Counted from the first letter of the whole stretch, positions 14,184 to 29,040 are shown. The stretch is DNA of 63,744 nt, filler included, from Octopus bimaculoides (GCF_001194135.2; 8 parts of 8 records of this genome joined end to end with filler, not necessarily neighbours in it), one strand, 5' to 3'. Program-made: numbers and translations. The notes: a model not told the origin generated them from the sequence alone.

Positions 14184-14413
14184 TTAACCCTTCAGCATCT
14201 AAACTGGCCAAATCCAGTTAATATATCCTACTTGGTTTACGCTCAAATGAGTTAGATCTGGCCTCTCACACCAGTCTTACAATGTCATGCTAAAAATTAA
14301 GTCACATCATCAAGTTCTCAAAGTGAAGAGATAATGCATCATTAATTTGAAACAATGTGAATAAATAATCAAGCATTACATTTGACATAGAAATGTAAAT
14401 GTTAAAGGATTAA
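14184..14413. mobile_element. piggyBac-like MITE with TTAA ends
   Basis: Begins TTAA-ccctt and ends aagga-TTAA; about 230 bp, non-coding. Similar TTAA-cccttt...aaagg-TTAA ends occur at 35924-36171. Confidence 0.6.
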
Positions 14414-14537
14414 AGGTTGCATATTCTCTTTAATGAGATTTTATGTGCAGTTATAAAATTCATAGGACAATTCAAAGAGTTTAATACTTTTATGCAATGT
14501 TTTATACACACACAAGAGAGAGTGGAGAGAAAGAGAG

Positions 14538-14592
<55 letters not shown>

Positions 14593-14813
14593 GAGAGAGA
14601 GAGAGTGGAGAGAGAGAGAGAGAGTGGAGAGAGAGTGTGTGTATGTGTGTGTGTGATTTTTTTACTTAGGTGTCATAAACAGTTATAAATGCTTACTTAG
14701 GCAATACTGGCAACTTCAACAGTCATCTTTATTAAAGGTTTTATATATACATATATATATATATATAATTTATATATATTACCACACAGCCATGCCTGTA
14801 TATATTTATATAT

Positions 14814-14852
<39 letters not shown>

Positions 14853-16694
14853 CAGGCATGGCTGTGTGGTAATAAGTCTGCTTCTCAACCACATGAAGCA
14901 TATGAATGAGGATAGTTGTATGAGGGAAGTGCCATTCACTCACAGCAGATGGAACTCAGAGTGGAGAGAATCATGGAAGAAATGACAAAGGACTGAATGA
15001 CTGGCAATATGCATTGCTCAAGAAAATCCTCCCAGCCAAGCTTGCCCATCACAACTGAGATTCTCAAAGCATAACATGCATGCACACGATGTACACAGCA
15101 GAGTCTCTGTCAATTCTACATCTGCTTCTTCTTCTTCTTACTCTATTCAGATCCTCAAGAAATGAAATTAAGTAATAAATGTTCCAAGTTCAAATACAAT
15201 CTGGGACAACAAATACATCCAAGAATAAAATACCTGATGATAATTAGAGATTAAACTAATTGAAACATAGTGTGATATAAATACTGTAAACATGCACAAA
15301 CGGAAATTATAAGAAATTTAACATTTAGATATTTAATATAAGTTATACAACTTACTCTTCCCTAATGGTTGTTTTTGATTAGATTTTACCAAGATTTAAA
15401 CAAACTAAAATACAAATTTTATATCCTTTACATTTTTTCCTTGTGTCATCTCTCCTGCTGTTTTATCTCCTACCTCCCTACTATTTCGTGAAACTTCAGC
15501 TTTAAAACTGTCTCTCTTGATAAAAGCCATTGTACATCTTTTGTCATATTTTACAAAAATTAAGTAAATAAATGAATAAACATTGAAATCTAGATTTAGT
15601 TCTTTTACAAGCTTTACAATAATGTACACCTTCACAATAGTAATTCAAATAGAGAGAAAATAAATTATGGAAGACAGAAGAGAAAGGACAACATTTTATC
15701 ATTATAAAACCAAAGAAAACCTCATGGGCCACGTAGGACCCAACATTGTGTGTGCATGTGTAGAAGTATGCGTGCATATGTTTGGTTGTGCCTGTGTATG
15801 CATGTGTATGTGTGCATGTGTGTACATGTGTGTGCACCTACATGCACATTGTAAACATGCCAGCATGTGTATGTATGTTGACACTTCCATGCAATGGTGT
15901 AGGTTTATGAAAACCTCTAAATTGTCGCATTTATACACAAAGTTAGCATTATATCCATTTCAATAGAATTCTATAGAGACAGTAAAACAGAATAGAGTAA
16001 GGTAGATGGATACTGAGTAATGGAATAAAAATAATTAAAAAAGAGAGAGAGAGAGAGAGATCTAGGAAAACAGGTAAGATGATATTGTATAAGATGAGAG
16101 AAGACAAACAAGAGAAGAATAGAAACCAAAGGTGACAAAGGACTGAACATTATTCAGATCCTTATCACACATGGATTTCAGGTGGGTATCAAAGACAAAT
16201 AGTTTTGAAAACTGGCTCCAGCATTCACATGTATAGTCAATAAAGCTGGATAAAAAACAAACCAATATACAGTAAAAACCTGAACACCCAGCTTGTGGTG
16301 ATAGCAATCATGCAAACTCAAACACTGGTTGTTTTAGTTATTTATTGTTATATATTTAGCAAAAATACATATAAATCTATCCTAAGCAGGCTCTTCTAAT
16401 TATCAGCTATTCAAATACCTCCTTCAGTTTCTGTTACATCATTACTTTTGTTTTCTTTTGTTCAAGTTGTTTGGCATTACTTTTATTCTATTGAATTTAC
16501 AGAAAACTCCATTAAAATTAGTGGGGAAAAAAAACCAAAAAAAAAAGATTCCTCTGTTGTTTATTTTATTGTTATATGTATTTCATTTTGTATCTTTTTA
16601 TTTCATTTTTTTTTGTGTGTGTGAGCAAGGGTTATAAGAGGATGAAGATGGAATGAAGAGATGACCAATTTATATCAGCCCCCATGCTTGTGTG

Positions 16695-16726
<32 letters not shown>

Positions 16727-17105
16727 TGTGTGTGTTTTGTTCATGAGTACAACACTTTCGCATATTCTGCCCTGATTCACCCAACAAGTATCATAATTTG
16801 TAAACTTGTTGATCTAAGACTTCATATTATATGGATGACAGGAAAATTACTAGCACAGAACAAATAGTGGTGGTGGGGGCAGTAGCAGAGGCTGTTATTG
16901 GTGTTTCTAACAAAGGCACAAGGGTAGAAGTTAGGGAAGAAGAGATTGGTCTATTAAATTAGCCCCAGACCTAATTTTATTGACCCTGGAGGGATGAAAG
17001 CCAAAGCTGATCTCAGGGGTGGATTTGAAGATAAAAGAAAAAGCTGGAATAAATACCACAAGGTATTTTATCCAACCCTCAACTAGGTCTGCCAGCTACT
17101 GCCCA

Positions 17106-17137
<32 letters not shown>

Positions 17138-18098
17138 TAATAATAATAATCCTTTCTATTATAGGCACAAGACCTGAAATTTTGGAGAGGGGGAGAGTCG
17201 ATTACATTGACCTCAGTACTTAACTGGTAATTATTTTATCAACCCCAGAAAGATGAAAGGCAAAGTCAATCCTGGCAGAAATTGAATTCAATATAATAAT
17301 AATAATAATGAGGAAATGCACCTGGACACATCCTCATAATATCTCCCTATGTCATTGGGCACTTCAGGTCTTTCAACAGACACCATCACTCAGGCACCAA
17401 AACCCCCACCTTGTGTCTCATTAGCATGAACACATATAGCGTTCATACCACCTAATCCACACCCACCTTGAAGCAACCTTTGTTGCCTCAATAGCCAACT
17501 TGATGCCCTTCCAACTGCGGACCTCTATGATGTTCAACGTGATGTAGGCTCTGTAGAAGGTCTGTACTCCAAACTTTGCATCCCACTTCAATTGGATCAC
17601 ACTTTACTGTTCCAGTGAAAACTAGCTTTCCAAATGATTTGACTCTATTCCCAGCATTGAGCTTGTATCCATCAATAAATATTTCTTTGTTATTCTAAAA
17701 CTTGCTTTAGATTAATAACCTCAATTACATTAATCTAAACATTCACATATATATCTACACACAAGCATGGAAAAGTGGACATTAAAATAATAATGATGAC
17801 GACATTTAGACTATCTTCTGATGGACTGTCTCATGGTTTCTTGACAGCTCTTCAGCAAAGATATTCCCAGCTTCCTTCTCTCATCAAAACCATAGATCAA
17901 TTGTTAACAAACAAAGCAGTCATGAATCAGACTAGTAATATAGATGGATAACCTAATTTGCATATTTGTGCTTTTTACTACTCAAGACAAATTAAAAGAT
18001 ATCTAGCAGAAACGAGAAAAACTGAATTATATAATATTTGAATTAATTTCAGCACTACTGATTTATGCATTGTTGAGCATACACACACACACACACAC

Positions 18099-18174
<76 letters not shown>

Positions 18175-18178
<4 letters not shown>

Positions 18179-19060
18179 CAACGAGTACAGTGAAGAATTC
18201 TGGGTGGAGGTAGGGGTCCACCAAGGTTCAGTCCTCAGCCCCTTTCTATTTATCATAGTCCTCCAGGCAATAACAGAGGAATTCAAGACAGGATGCCCCT
18301 GGGAGCTCCTCTATGCTGATGACCTCGCTCTAATTGCTGAATCACAATCAGAACTAGAGGAGAAGTTACAGGTGTGGAAGCAAGGATTAGAATCAAAGGG
18401 CCTTAGAGTCAACTTAGCTAAAACCAAAGTCCTAATAAGTAGGAAGGTAGACAAACCACAAATCCCTTCAGGTAGATGGCCCTGCTCGATCTGTAGAAAA
18501 GGTGTAGTAGAAACTCTATAAGCTGTACCCAGTGTAAGCTATGGACACATAAGAGGTGCAGCAATATCAAAGGAAGGCCTAACAAGGAAGATAGTTTTTG
18601 TATGGGGCAGATGCTGAAAATGTGCAGAGAACAACTTCTGCCACATTCCAGGGAGAAAAACTAGAAGTAGTTGATAGCTTCCATTACCTAGGTGACCAAG
18701 TCAGTAGCAGGGGAGGGTGCACTGAAAGTGTAGCTGCTAGAATAAGAATAGCCTGGGCAAAGTCCATAGAGCTCTTACCTCTGCTGGTGACAAAGGGCCT
18801 CTCACTCAGAGTAAAAGGCAGACTGTATGACGCATATGTATGAACAGCCATACTACATAGCAGTGAAACACGGGCCATGACTGCTGAGGACATGCATAAG
18901 CTCGCAAGGAATTAAGCCAGTATGCTCCGATGGATGCGTAATGTCAGTGTGCATACTCGACAGAGTGTAAGTACCTTGAGAGAAAAGTTGGACCAAAGAA
19001 GCATCAGTTGTGATGTGCAAGAGAGACGCTTGCGCTGGTATGGTCACTATGCATGAGAAG
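18175..19060 (+). mobile_element. 5'-truncated RTE LINE reverse transcriptase, decayed
   Basis: VGVHQGSVLSPFLF...WELLYADDLALIAES (YADD motif), then FHYLGD...RIRIAWAK...LRVKGRLY and RLRWYGH, with frameshifts and stops. Confidence 0.92.
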
Positions 19061-19129
19061 ACCCGGCAAGTCAAGTGAGACCATAACCCGTGGCCTTTAC
19101 CAGGGGTGCAGTCAGCCCACTTAAGCATA

Positions 19130-19633
19130 CCTTTCCTCCATTGGACACAAAACTCTGCTTGCGAAGACCTGTTGAAGCAAGTGAAATCAAAATCGAACCA
19201 AATTCGATGACTGGCACCCATGCCAACCTTCCTTCATTGGACACTAAACTCTGCTTGCGAAGACCTGTTGGGACAAGTGAAATCGAAATTGAACCAAATT
19301 CGATGACTGGCACCCATGCCAGTGGAGCGCTAACAGCACCATCCGAGCAGGATCACTGCCAGAGCAGCTGTTCAGCTTCCATGCAGGTGGCACGTAAAAA
19401 ACACCATTTGAGCATGGCTGTTGCCAGCACCGCCAGACTGGCTCTCATGATGGTGGCATGTAAAAGCACCCACTATACTCTTGGAGTGGTTGGCGTTAGG
19501 AAGGGCATCCAGCTGTAGAGATTCTGCCAGATCAGATTGGAGCCTGGTGCAGCCATCTGGTTCACCAGTCTTCAGTCAAATCGTCCAACCCATGCTAGCA
19601 TGGAAAGCAGACGATGATGATGATGATGATGTT
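19130..19633 (+). mobile_element. RTE-tail-related short element with an internal 96-bp tandem duplication
   Basis: 'ttggacac...ggcacccatgcca' at 19141 and 19237, then the shared RTE-type tail also seen at about 40090-40440 and 45480-45680 (minus). Confidence 0.75.
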
Positions 19634-20110
19634 NNNNNNNNNNNNNNNNNNNNNNNNNNNNNNNNNNNNNNNNNNNNTTAATTAATTAANNNNNNNNNNN
19701 NNNNNNNNNNNNNNNNNNNNNNNNNNNNNNNNNATATATTCATATACATACACACACCCACACAACATATTTCATCAACATTTTAATAAAATTTGTCATG
19801 CTGAACATGATGATGATAATCATAATAATAATCATCGTCCTCATCTTCATTGCCATTATGGTCGTTAATCTCCCAACAATGATACTCCTTTTTGCCATGA
19901 TTTTCCTTATTAATATCCCTGAGGCAATATTTCAATCAGCACATGAATAACTGTATTTTCCTAACCATAAGAATTATCAGATTTCCTTATCCCTATTCAT
20001 ATGTATATACGAATTTAATATTGTGTTTATATTATATATATGTATATATATATATGCGTATGTGTGAGTGAGTGTGTACGCGCGTGTGCGTATGTATATG
20101 TATATGTGTT

Positions 20111-20143
<33 letters not shown>

Positions 20144-20449
20144 TTACGCGGACATAGAGGCTACGTACATAAAAATATGCACTCACACACATATGTATAT
20201 ATTTAATGTATATATATATAATTTCATATATGTGTGTATATACATTAATATTCAATGATACATCTGTGTGTATATATATTTATACATTTATTTCGCATGT
20301 ATTTTCTTTATTCCTCCTGTATTTTCTTTATTCCGAAGCTAGTCAAGAACTTTTCAGTATTCCCTCTAACATACACCCACAGAAAAATATATACATTAAT
20401 ATATACACAATCAAATACACACGAGCACATACCCTTTACTCTTTTACTT

Positions 20450-20620
20450 TTTTACTTGTTTCAGTCATTTGACTGCGGCCATGCTGGAGCACCGCCTTTA
20501 GTCGAGCAAATCGACCCTGGGACTTATTCTTTGTAAGCCTACTACTTATTCTATCGAACTCTTTTGCCGAACCGCTAACTTACGGGGACGTAATCACACC
20601 AGCATCGGTTGTCAAGCGAA
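20450..20620. mobile_element. Dispersed repeat family C
   Basis: 'cttgtttcagtcatttgactgcggccatgctggagcaccgcc...ccgaaccgctaa...acaccagcatcggttgtcaag'; reverse-complement copies at about 5872-6070, 30110-30310 and 57690-57840. Confidence 0.8.
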
Positions 20621-21326
20621 GTTGGGGGGTCAAACACAGACACACAAACATTTACACACACATACATTTATATATATACATATATACGACAGGCTTCTTT
20701 CAGTTTCCGTCTACCAAATCCACTCACAAGGCTTTGGTCGGCCCGAGGCTATAGTAGAAGACACTTGCCCAAGGTGCCACGCAGTGGGACTGAACCCAGA
20801 ACCATGTGGTTGGTAAGCAAGCTACTTACCACACAGCCACACAGCCACTCCTGCGCCTTAAGTGTTTATTTATAAATATGTACTTGTAATAAATGTAATC
20901 TGTATATTCGTTTTTAGGTGTGTAAATTTCCATTGTAAGAATATCCACTGCTTTCAACCGCCTACACAGAACCAGGAAAGTAAACAAAATGAAAATATAA
21001 GTAAATATAATCAAAATTGAAGCGATTAAGTCAACAACATCAGATGAATTATAACAAACATTCAACATTACCGTAAGTAACTAAATGTCTACGTGTAAAT
21101 ACACACATACATACATACATACATAGGTGCATATATTCATACATGTATATATGCACATATACGCATTCGTATATATGAATATATGTATATATATATATAN
21201 NNNNNNNNNNNNNNNNNNNNNNNNNNNNNNNNNNNNNNNNNNNTTAATTAATTAANNNNNNNNNNNNNNNNNNNNNNNNNNNNNNNNNNNNNNNNNNNNA
21301 TATATATATATATATATGTATGTATG

Positions 21327-21357
<31 letters not shown>

Positions 21358-22656
21358 GGATACATAATTTGTGGATTTATCGTAATACACTTGGGATTAC
21401 TGATAGTGTTCGTTATTTTCAATGAGAATTTACGAGCTTACTTTAGATTGCAGTACTTCGAAATAAATACTCCGATTAGGGGAGGCAACATATAAACAAT
21501 TCTTAGTTTTCTTCCTTGTGTCAGCGATGGATTTTGGCGTTTATGACAAACAGTAAAGTTAAATCCATATTTAAAAAGTGAAAAGAATGGTGTACAAATA
21601 TATAATGGAAACAGTACATGATGGATAATCAGGTAACATGCACGAACATCCTACATAAGGGAAGAATAATTTGCCTTTTGGCAATGAACATTCGTCCACA
21701 CTTTTCTTTGACGTTATTGCAGTTTCTATGCACATACTGTCAAACATTCCCAACTGTTACATATATGTCTCTCCTAATCATTCCTGTTAAAATTGTTGTT
21801 CATCTTTTTAATATCACTTTCTTAATAAGAGCATTTCATCAGATTAACAATCATGCCATATAGATTTCTTTATTGTGTTTTATAGTAACAAATAACCTTT
21901 AATTCTCCGTCCTCCATGTTAACGTAAATGATATTTCCTCCGAACATGAGGATTATTGCCTTGCTATAACATACGAGATTATCTAAATTTCCATATGAAA
22001 TTACTTAGGTAATGTACCACAAAAGAGCCTGTTGAAGAATGGCTATCAAGCAAAAATAATCTTTGTAGGACTTAATTTAGTGAAGCAAGGAGAGGAAAAG
22101 AGTTTTCATAAAGGTGAAGGGTGATGCATTAGATGGAGTGGAAATATATATACAGGTATGCATAGCTTTGTGAGTGAATTCCAAAGAGAATTATGAACAG
22201 ATGGGATTAAGAAGTAGAATATAGCCTTAAAAACTTATTGGTAATATATTTTTCAACTGGTTTGTAAGGAATCGCAGTTATTCAGAGTTTTACGACTTAA
22301 TATGAAAATCCACATCAGTATGTTTACAAATCAATACTCCTGAAGTAGAAGAGCAAACGTCGTCTTCGATTTATATTGATTCAGTTACAAAAGGAACTCA
22401 TTATGAGTAAGAACTGTTGCAAAGAAATAGAAGTTAAACTTCAGAAAGGGAGATGTCACAATTCTTGAACTGCTCTGGTCACAGGTGTAGCCAATTCTGC
22501 TGAATCTGCAATGTAGTGAGCATCTTAAGGGAGGGGGGGGGAATATACTTCTAATAATATCTCTCTCATTCTAAATGCAATCATCAAATCTTTTGACGGT
22601 GTGTACAGTCATTGTTTACACAGAATGACACACGGACATACAGTCACACAAAATGA

Positions 22657-22696
<40 letters not shown>

Positions 22697-25369
22697 AATG
22701 TGATAATATATATATNNNNNNNNNNNNNNNNNNNNNNNNNNNNNNNNNNNNNNNNNNNNNNNNNNNNNNNNNNNNNNNNNNNNNNNNNNNNNNNNNNNNN
22801 NNNNNNNNNNNNNNNNNNNNNNNNNNNNNNNNNNNNNNNNNNNNNNNNNNNNNNNNNNNNNNNNNNNNNNNNNNNNNNNNNNNNNNNNNNNNNNNNNNNN
22901 NNNNNNNNNNNNNNNNNNNNNNNNNNNNNNNNNNNNNNNNNNNNNNNNNNNTATATATACATATACATGTGTATGTATATATATGTATATTTCCACTTTC
23001 ACAGGTTTCAAACAATAGATTGTGGTCTTCAGGGCGACGATTTTCAGAGTATCTAATTCCTTGTGAAGAGGTCGGGATCGCATTTGTTATCGACCTTTAC
23101 TTATAGCGTTACAGCGTTATACAGTTCACTTGAGCTACTTATAATATGTTTACACTATCTTAGATTGTTACAGACGCAGTAGGCTCTTACGTAAATATGT
23201 AAGTACAATTGCGCATATGTGCGTTTGTGTGAATGTATGTATATTTATGTGTATGAATATTTACTTATATGACAGTCGCCTGAATTTTTTCCGTCCTAAC
23301 CAAGTTAATTATAGAGTACACTTGATTGGATCGCTGCACAGTAAGATCGAACACAGTCCCGAATGTTTTGCAAATTAAATTTTAACCATCTAACAATATT
23401 TTTATACATACATAAAGATGAATAAATATATANNNNNNNNNNNNNNNNNNNNNNNNNNNNNNNNNNNNNNNNNNNNNNNNNNNNNNNNNNNNNNNNNNNN
23501 NNNNNNNNNNNNNNNNNTATATATATATATATATATGCACACACAGACGTGCAAAAACACACACACATATTCAATCGTCACTTAGTGTAACTAAAAGTGC
23601 CAAGAGATAATAAAGTGATCATTCTCAATACTAGGGTAACTAGAAGATTATAAAAGATAGTGAAGCTGCTGAACGTGAGCCCGCAATCATTTCCTATCGT
23701 GCGGTATGGAATTGACGAGCTTGACTTACATATGGAAAAGGGGTTGAAAAGCATTTACAATGCATTCATCTATATGACCGGCTGATGATAAACAAGTTAA
23801 TATTTGATTAATTTTGTGGGAGGAATTTGAGAGGGTGGTGTTAGTTAGAGGATGGTGGTGGACGCAGATTGATTACAGTTATTATTGTCAAAGGATAATT
23901 TTTTACTATAATAGATGGTTAAAGTTTCTCGGGAAAGCGTCGGTTTTTTAGAGATCAGGCCTCCATACTAACACTGCAACTTCTCAATTTATAAGTTAGA
24001 TGTCGTTATTCTATCGCTGTTGAAGAAGGCAATGAGGTGAATAGTGTTAATTCTGTGAGCTATTAAACTGAATTTTGGCAAAGAACGTAATGCTCCACTG
24101 AACAGTAATAACATACTGGTGAAGAAATCCAGATTATAGAACTCATTTTGGTAAAAGATTCAGGCACAATTACGTCAGCTGGGGATACTGGAGTATTCAG
24201 GTCAATTGCTACTTCGATAGAAAAATATTTTCCTTATAGAATAAGAGATACTCACATGGTGTTCATCTAGCTATAAGGGGCAATATTAGACATATGCGTG
24301 TAGAAACACAAGCTGGTTTATACTGCATGAAGTGATTATAAACAGAAAACTCTGAGTTTCTGAATTTTGAATAAATAGGAATACATAGATTATCAGTATA
24401 GAAATCTCAGATGGAAAATCTTTCGGAAACTGTTAGTCTTGCTATCTAGAATTTGTCCTTGTCTTTCCTGCCATACATGCATACGTTGTTTCTTTCTCTT
24501 CTACTTGGCCTAATGGGAGACTCATAACGAAAATATTTTAACATATATATATACAGAAATTTGAATGCTGGCATAAAATTATGTCGCAGGCAGGCAAAGA
24601 TAGTTCAGAAAGAAGGAGAAAATAAAGATATCACCTGGAACTTCTGAGTTTTAAAACACGTCTTACATTTTCTCTCGTATTTATATTTTGTGTTGTTATT
24701 CTCTAATTCCATTTTCACGTTGCTTATCTAACCTCGAGCAATATACAGTTCAGAAATACGTGTCTACCAATTGCAATATGTAAGAAAAGAGTTGCTCACT
24801 TTAGTAAATCTAACAACCACAGCTTATGTATTTGATAGAATTTCACAGAATGCTAAATTTGAATCATTTGAAGAACAAATATTTAGTAACTCACGAGGCG
24901 GTGGAAATTTGAAATTGCTCTACTTTAAAATGATAAAATACTGAAAAGTAATAGTTAGACAAGTGGGAGACGGGTAAACAATACATAGAATAACAATGCG
25001 TTTCTTTAGATTTGCAGGAAACTTAGATAATTAATTCTGATAAAACAAATACGCAAACAACAGTAAAGGTGTAGAAGGAATTATTACAGTGGCACAAGGC
25101 CCCTAGGCAATTTGACATATACCTAGAGATATATTCTACACTGTAAAATAAAATAAAGTGAATATGCTTGATGTATATTATTATTATTATGTTTCTTTTT
25201 TCTTCTTTCTTCAAATTTTCTTCCATTTCTCGCCGAGCGTTCTTCGTACGCCTAGGGCAGAGAAGCTCATTGTATGCATTCCCAGTTTACACACGCAAAT
25301 TCACAGGTAAAATATGTATTTAAAAAAATTAATAAATAAATAAATTCATGAATTGATGTTGTTTTCACA

Positions 25370-25792
25370 GTGATACTACTCTTCTCAGTACATGTGTCTT
25401 TCCAGTTAACGCGATTTTTTGCACTTCCTGTAGGGATGGTAAGCCTGGTATCATTTTCAAATAGGTTTCAGTACTTTTTTTTTATCATTCCTAGAGATCT
25501 TACAATCACTGGCACGGTAGTCGCCTTGAGGTACCACATATTTTCAATTTCTATTATCAAGTCTTTATATTTACTGATCTTATCAAATTCTTTCGCCGCT
25601 ATATTATGATCGCAAGGAATACTCATGTCAATTAATAAACATATTCTTTGTCTGATCCTTTATAATAATATCCTGTTTATTAGCTTTTAGTGTAAATACT
25701 GTTTATACTGACCGACTCTGTCATGTCTTGCTTTATATTATACAGGTGCTAAGACTCTACACCCTGAGATTAGGTGGTCTATAGTTTCAATC

Positions 25793-25800
<8 letters not shown>
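25370..25800 (-). mobile_element. R4/Dong-like LINE fragments
   Basis: Minus-strand ETIDHLISGCRVLAP (CCHC-knuckle region) and RLE-type KYK/IEIEK...VIV region. Confidence 0.6.
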
Positions 25801-25827
<27 letters not shown>

Positions 25828-25828
25828 G

Positions 25829-25881
<53 letters not shown>

Positions 25882-26039
25882 GAGTGAGAGAGAGCAGATC
25901 ATGCCATCAAGGTGACACTCGGGTACTAATACACAAAGCCCAACGTACTCATCGTGATAAGGGTACACTAGGCACATGCATTACAACTATATGTGCACAT
26001 AATGACATCATAGCAAGATGCTCATATGTGCATGACGTT

Positions 26040-26430
26040 GCAAGTGGGCCCAGTTAGAATTTTCCTCTGGTGGAGTAACTCATCCCACTGAAAAGGTCCT
26101 TGAATGAGGGTTGTTTCAGCATGTCGAAAGAAACATTCATGTTTCCAGTGGTTAATTATTCAACCCGTAAGAATTCCTCTCATCACATAGCTATGATGGT
26201 CCCCTACTACTTCTGCTCGTGGTCAGGGTTTCACATATTGTCAGCCACCAAAGGACATGTTAAACTCGTAAATGTCAGACAACTGATAAGCAAACCTGTG
26301 GCATTGAGCAGAATATTTTCAGTAACGCAAACGTTACGCCAAGAAAAATATGTATATGAAAACACTTCCAATCAGTTAAGATTAGAAGCCATGGGAGCCA
26401 GTCCCTGGTAATGCATCAAGTCATTTATTC
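26040..26430. repeat. Dispersed repeat family D
   Basis: 26280-26425 matches the unit repeated at 62574-62995. Confidence 0.75.
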
Positions 26431-26622
26431 TTATTCTTATTCTGATTCGTATTCTAATTTTTTATTCTAATTATTATTATTATGTGCAAATGCCACCGAC
26501 ATCGACTATGTCTTTCATCTTTCCGGAGTACATAAATTAAGTACTAGATGAGCAATGACATCGATTTGATTGATTAAACTCCTTTCCCAAAACTTAGTAA
26601 AAAGCATCATCATCATCATCAT

Positions 26623-26750
26623 CTTCTTCTTCTTCTTCTTCTTCTTCTTCTTCTTCTTCTTCTTCTTCTTCTTCTTCTTCTTCTTCTTCTTCTTCTTCTT
26701 CTTCTTCTTCTTCTTCTTCTTCTTCTTCTTCTTCTTCTTCTTCTTCTTCT

Positions 26751-26785
<35 letters not shown>

Positions 26786-26800
26786 TTCTCCTCATCATCA
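26623..26800. repeat. (TTC)n microsatellite
   Basis: Direct reading; source of the poly-F and poly-R ORFs. Confidence 0.98.
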
Positions 26801-26879
26801 TCATTATTATTGTCATTGCGCAGCTTCGAACACTGGAAATGTACTACGGCGCTGGCTGTTCACTACCAGTGAACTAAGG

Positions 26880-28035
26880 TAACACCCTTATTATTCGAGC
26901 GCCATCCGGAGTATTCGAGTGGTTCCAAGCAGTGCCGTTTTCTGCAAGTGCTCCCCCCTTATTGCAGCCCCTCTTTTTTTCCATGTACTTCTCCAGATTT
27001 TTGCTGACTGTTCCCAGGGCTCCGACAATCATTGGTACTGTTACTGCATTTTTCAGTGATCACAACTACTTAACCTCTCAAGCTAACCTGTCATATCTAT
27101 AGATTTTTCTTTCTTCCTTATTGCATACCTTCTTGTCAGCTGGGCATGCTATATCTATGATCCAGCATCGTTTGCTTTCTTTCTCAATTAACACTATGGC
27201 TGGTTTCCTATTCTCTGCCTTATGATCGCACTGAATCATAAAATTCCATAATATCTTCGCATTTCAATTTTCGATGTTACCTTTGTGTTTCTGTTCGTAC
27301 TACGTTTTTGTTCTGCCAAGTACATACTTGTTGCAAAGTGTCCAATGGACAATCCATTCTACATTGTCATGATGCGTCTTAGATTCTTTTTGGTGTAGTG
27401 GTGTACAATGACTGGTAATATGCCATACGGTTTTACCATTTTGTATTTCATGTAATTCGTTCCTAATGCTTGCTCTTGGGCAGTACATGTTAGAGCCTCC
27501 GTTTCCGCTGTCTGTATTATCTTTAACATCTTTAGAAAATTGCCCATGCTTTCTTTTCTTTATCCACCTATTTTCCGTTTCATTCATTCTCAAGTGCTTG
27601 TGCAGTCCATTATCTTTGCAATCTTCCATCCTACACACGCCTAACCTTCATACTTCCAGTAATAGTGGCACTGTGGTATTTTCTACAAACCATGTTATGT
27701 TGTTTTCTTCTACTCTAGTGCTATGCTCTCATCCAATCTGTCTTGTTCCTCTCTTTTTCTTGGTACATACAGTCTGCCTGTGTCACGTTTAGGGTGGAAT
27801 ATCCCATATCTAGTCAGCAACTTCCTCGTCTTTCTGCCTAAGCTGTTTAATTCGTCCTACTGTCTATGCGATTACTCCTGTTCCATATATAAGTAGTGAA
27901 AGCGCCCAGGTGTTGATAGCTTAATTCTTATTCCGTCCGTTTAATTTCGACTTAAGTATCAGACTCAGTCTGCGCAAGTACTCCACCTAAAATTTTTCTC
28001 TCATTTCTATCTTCATCAATTTATCCATTTCCAAT
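26880..28035 (-). mobile_element. Decayed R4/Dong-like non-LTR retrotransposon, RT C-terminus to RLE domain
   Basis: LKSKLNGRNK...AINTWA...TRKLLT...FHPKRDTDRLYVPR...HDNV...KILWNFMIQCDH...IIDIACPAD...VPMIVGALGTVSKNL...KTALLGTTRILR, with stops and frameshifts. Confidence 0.85.
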
Positions 28036-28069
28036 GGATAATAATAATAATAATAATTATTATTATTAC

Positions 28070-28148
<79 letters not shown>

Positions 28149-29040
28149 TGCTATCGGACGCTATTCACAGTCTTGCTTGAGGAAAAAAAGCCTAAAGAAT
28201 TTAAGAAACAAACAATATTATTTAAAGATGAGCTATTTATGAGAAACTCAGAACAATCAATAGAATAACTATTGTCAAGTACAGTCATAACAGTATAACA
28301 AAGGTTACGAACAATGCACTATATCAATGATAAAGAAGGTCTGCAAATGAGATTCGACGAAGAAGAAAAGTTAAATAACAAAAATACTGACATCAATCAG
28401 TGGAATGGCTGACCTTAATATTATCAATAACATCGGTAAGGCTAGTTGAACAGTATCTTGAGTAAATATAAAGCCATTGAAAATGTATTCGACAGCGCAT
28501 TAAGCAAGGGACATCAATCAGTTTGAGAGAGGACCCAATTAACTAGAGGCCTAACATAAATCTAAAGTAGCACGATGAAAATGAGAGTACATTCTATAAA
28601 TTAATGCGAGAGCACTATCAAAGCAAACGATTATATTTTCTTAAGTATAAACTCTGGAAGTAAAGAAGTGAATAAAAGTTTTCAGCAGGTAGTCAGGCAA
28701 AGAGAATATGATTTGTTAGAAAAAGGATATTAAACAAATATAGAGTGACATGTTAATGAAAATATGGTAGCCGTCCCTTCCTTCAAAAGCAAGGAATTAA
28801 ATAGTGCAAAAATAAAATCATCTAACCAAAGCTGAGATGCACAATTACAAAGAGCAGATAGCTACGAGAGAAAAAAAAATTACATAGACATGTACGTATG
28901 CATACACACATACATACATATACATACATACACACATACACACACATACACGACCCCCCCCGCACAGATATATATATATATATATATATATGAGAAAAAC
29001 AATTAGTTCTAAATCTCTGAACGAGAAATATATAGTAACA

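Noticed and set aside
17795-17955. About 52-codon open frame MMTTFRLSSDGLSHGFL...
   Set aside because: No credible splice sites or recognisable family; within chance expectation.
22995-23040. CTGAAGA...GAAAC hammerhead-like words on the minus strand
   Set aside because: Stem II is only partly paired and no stem I can form.
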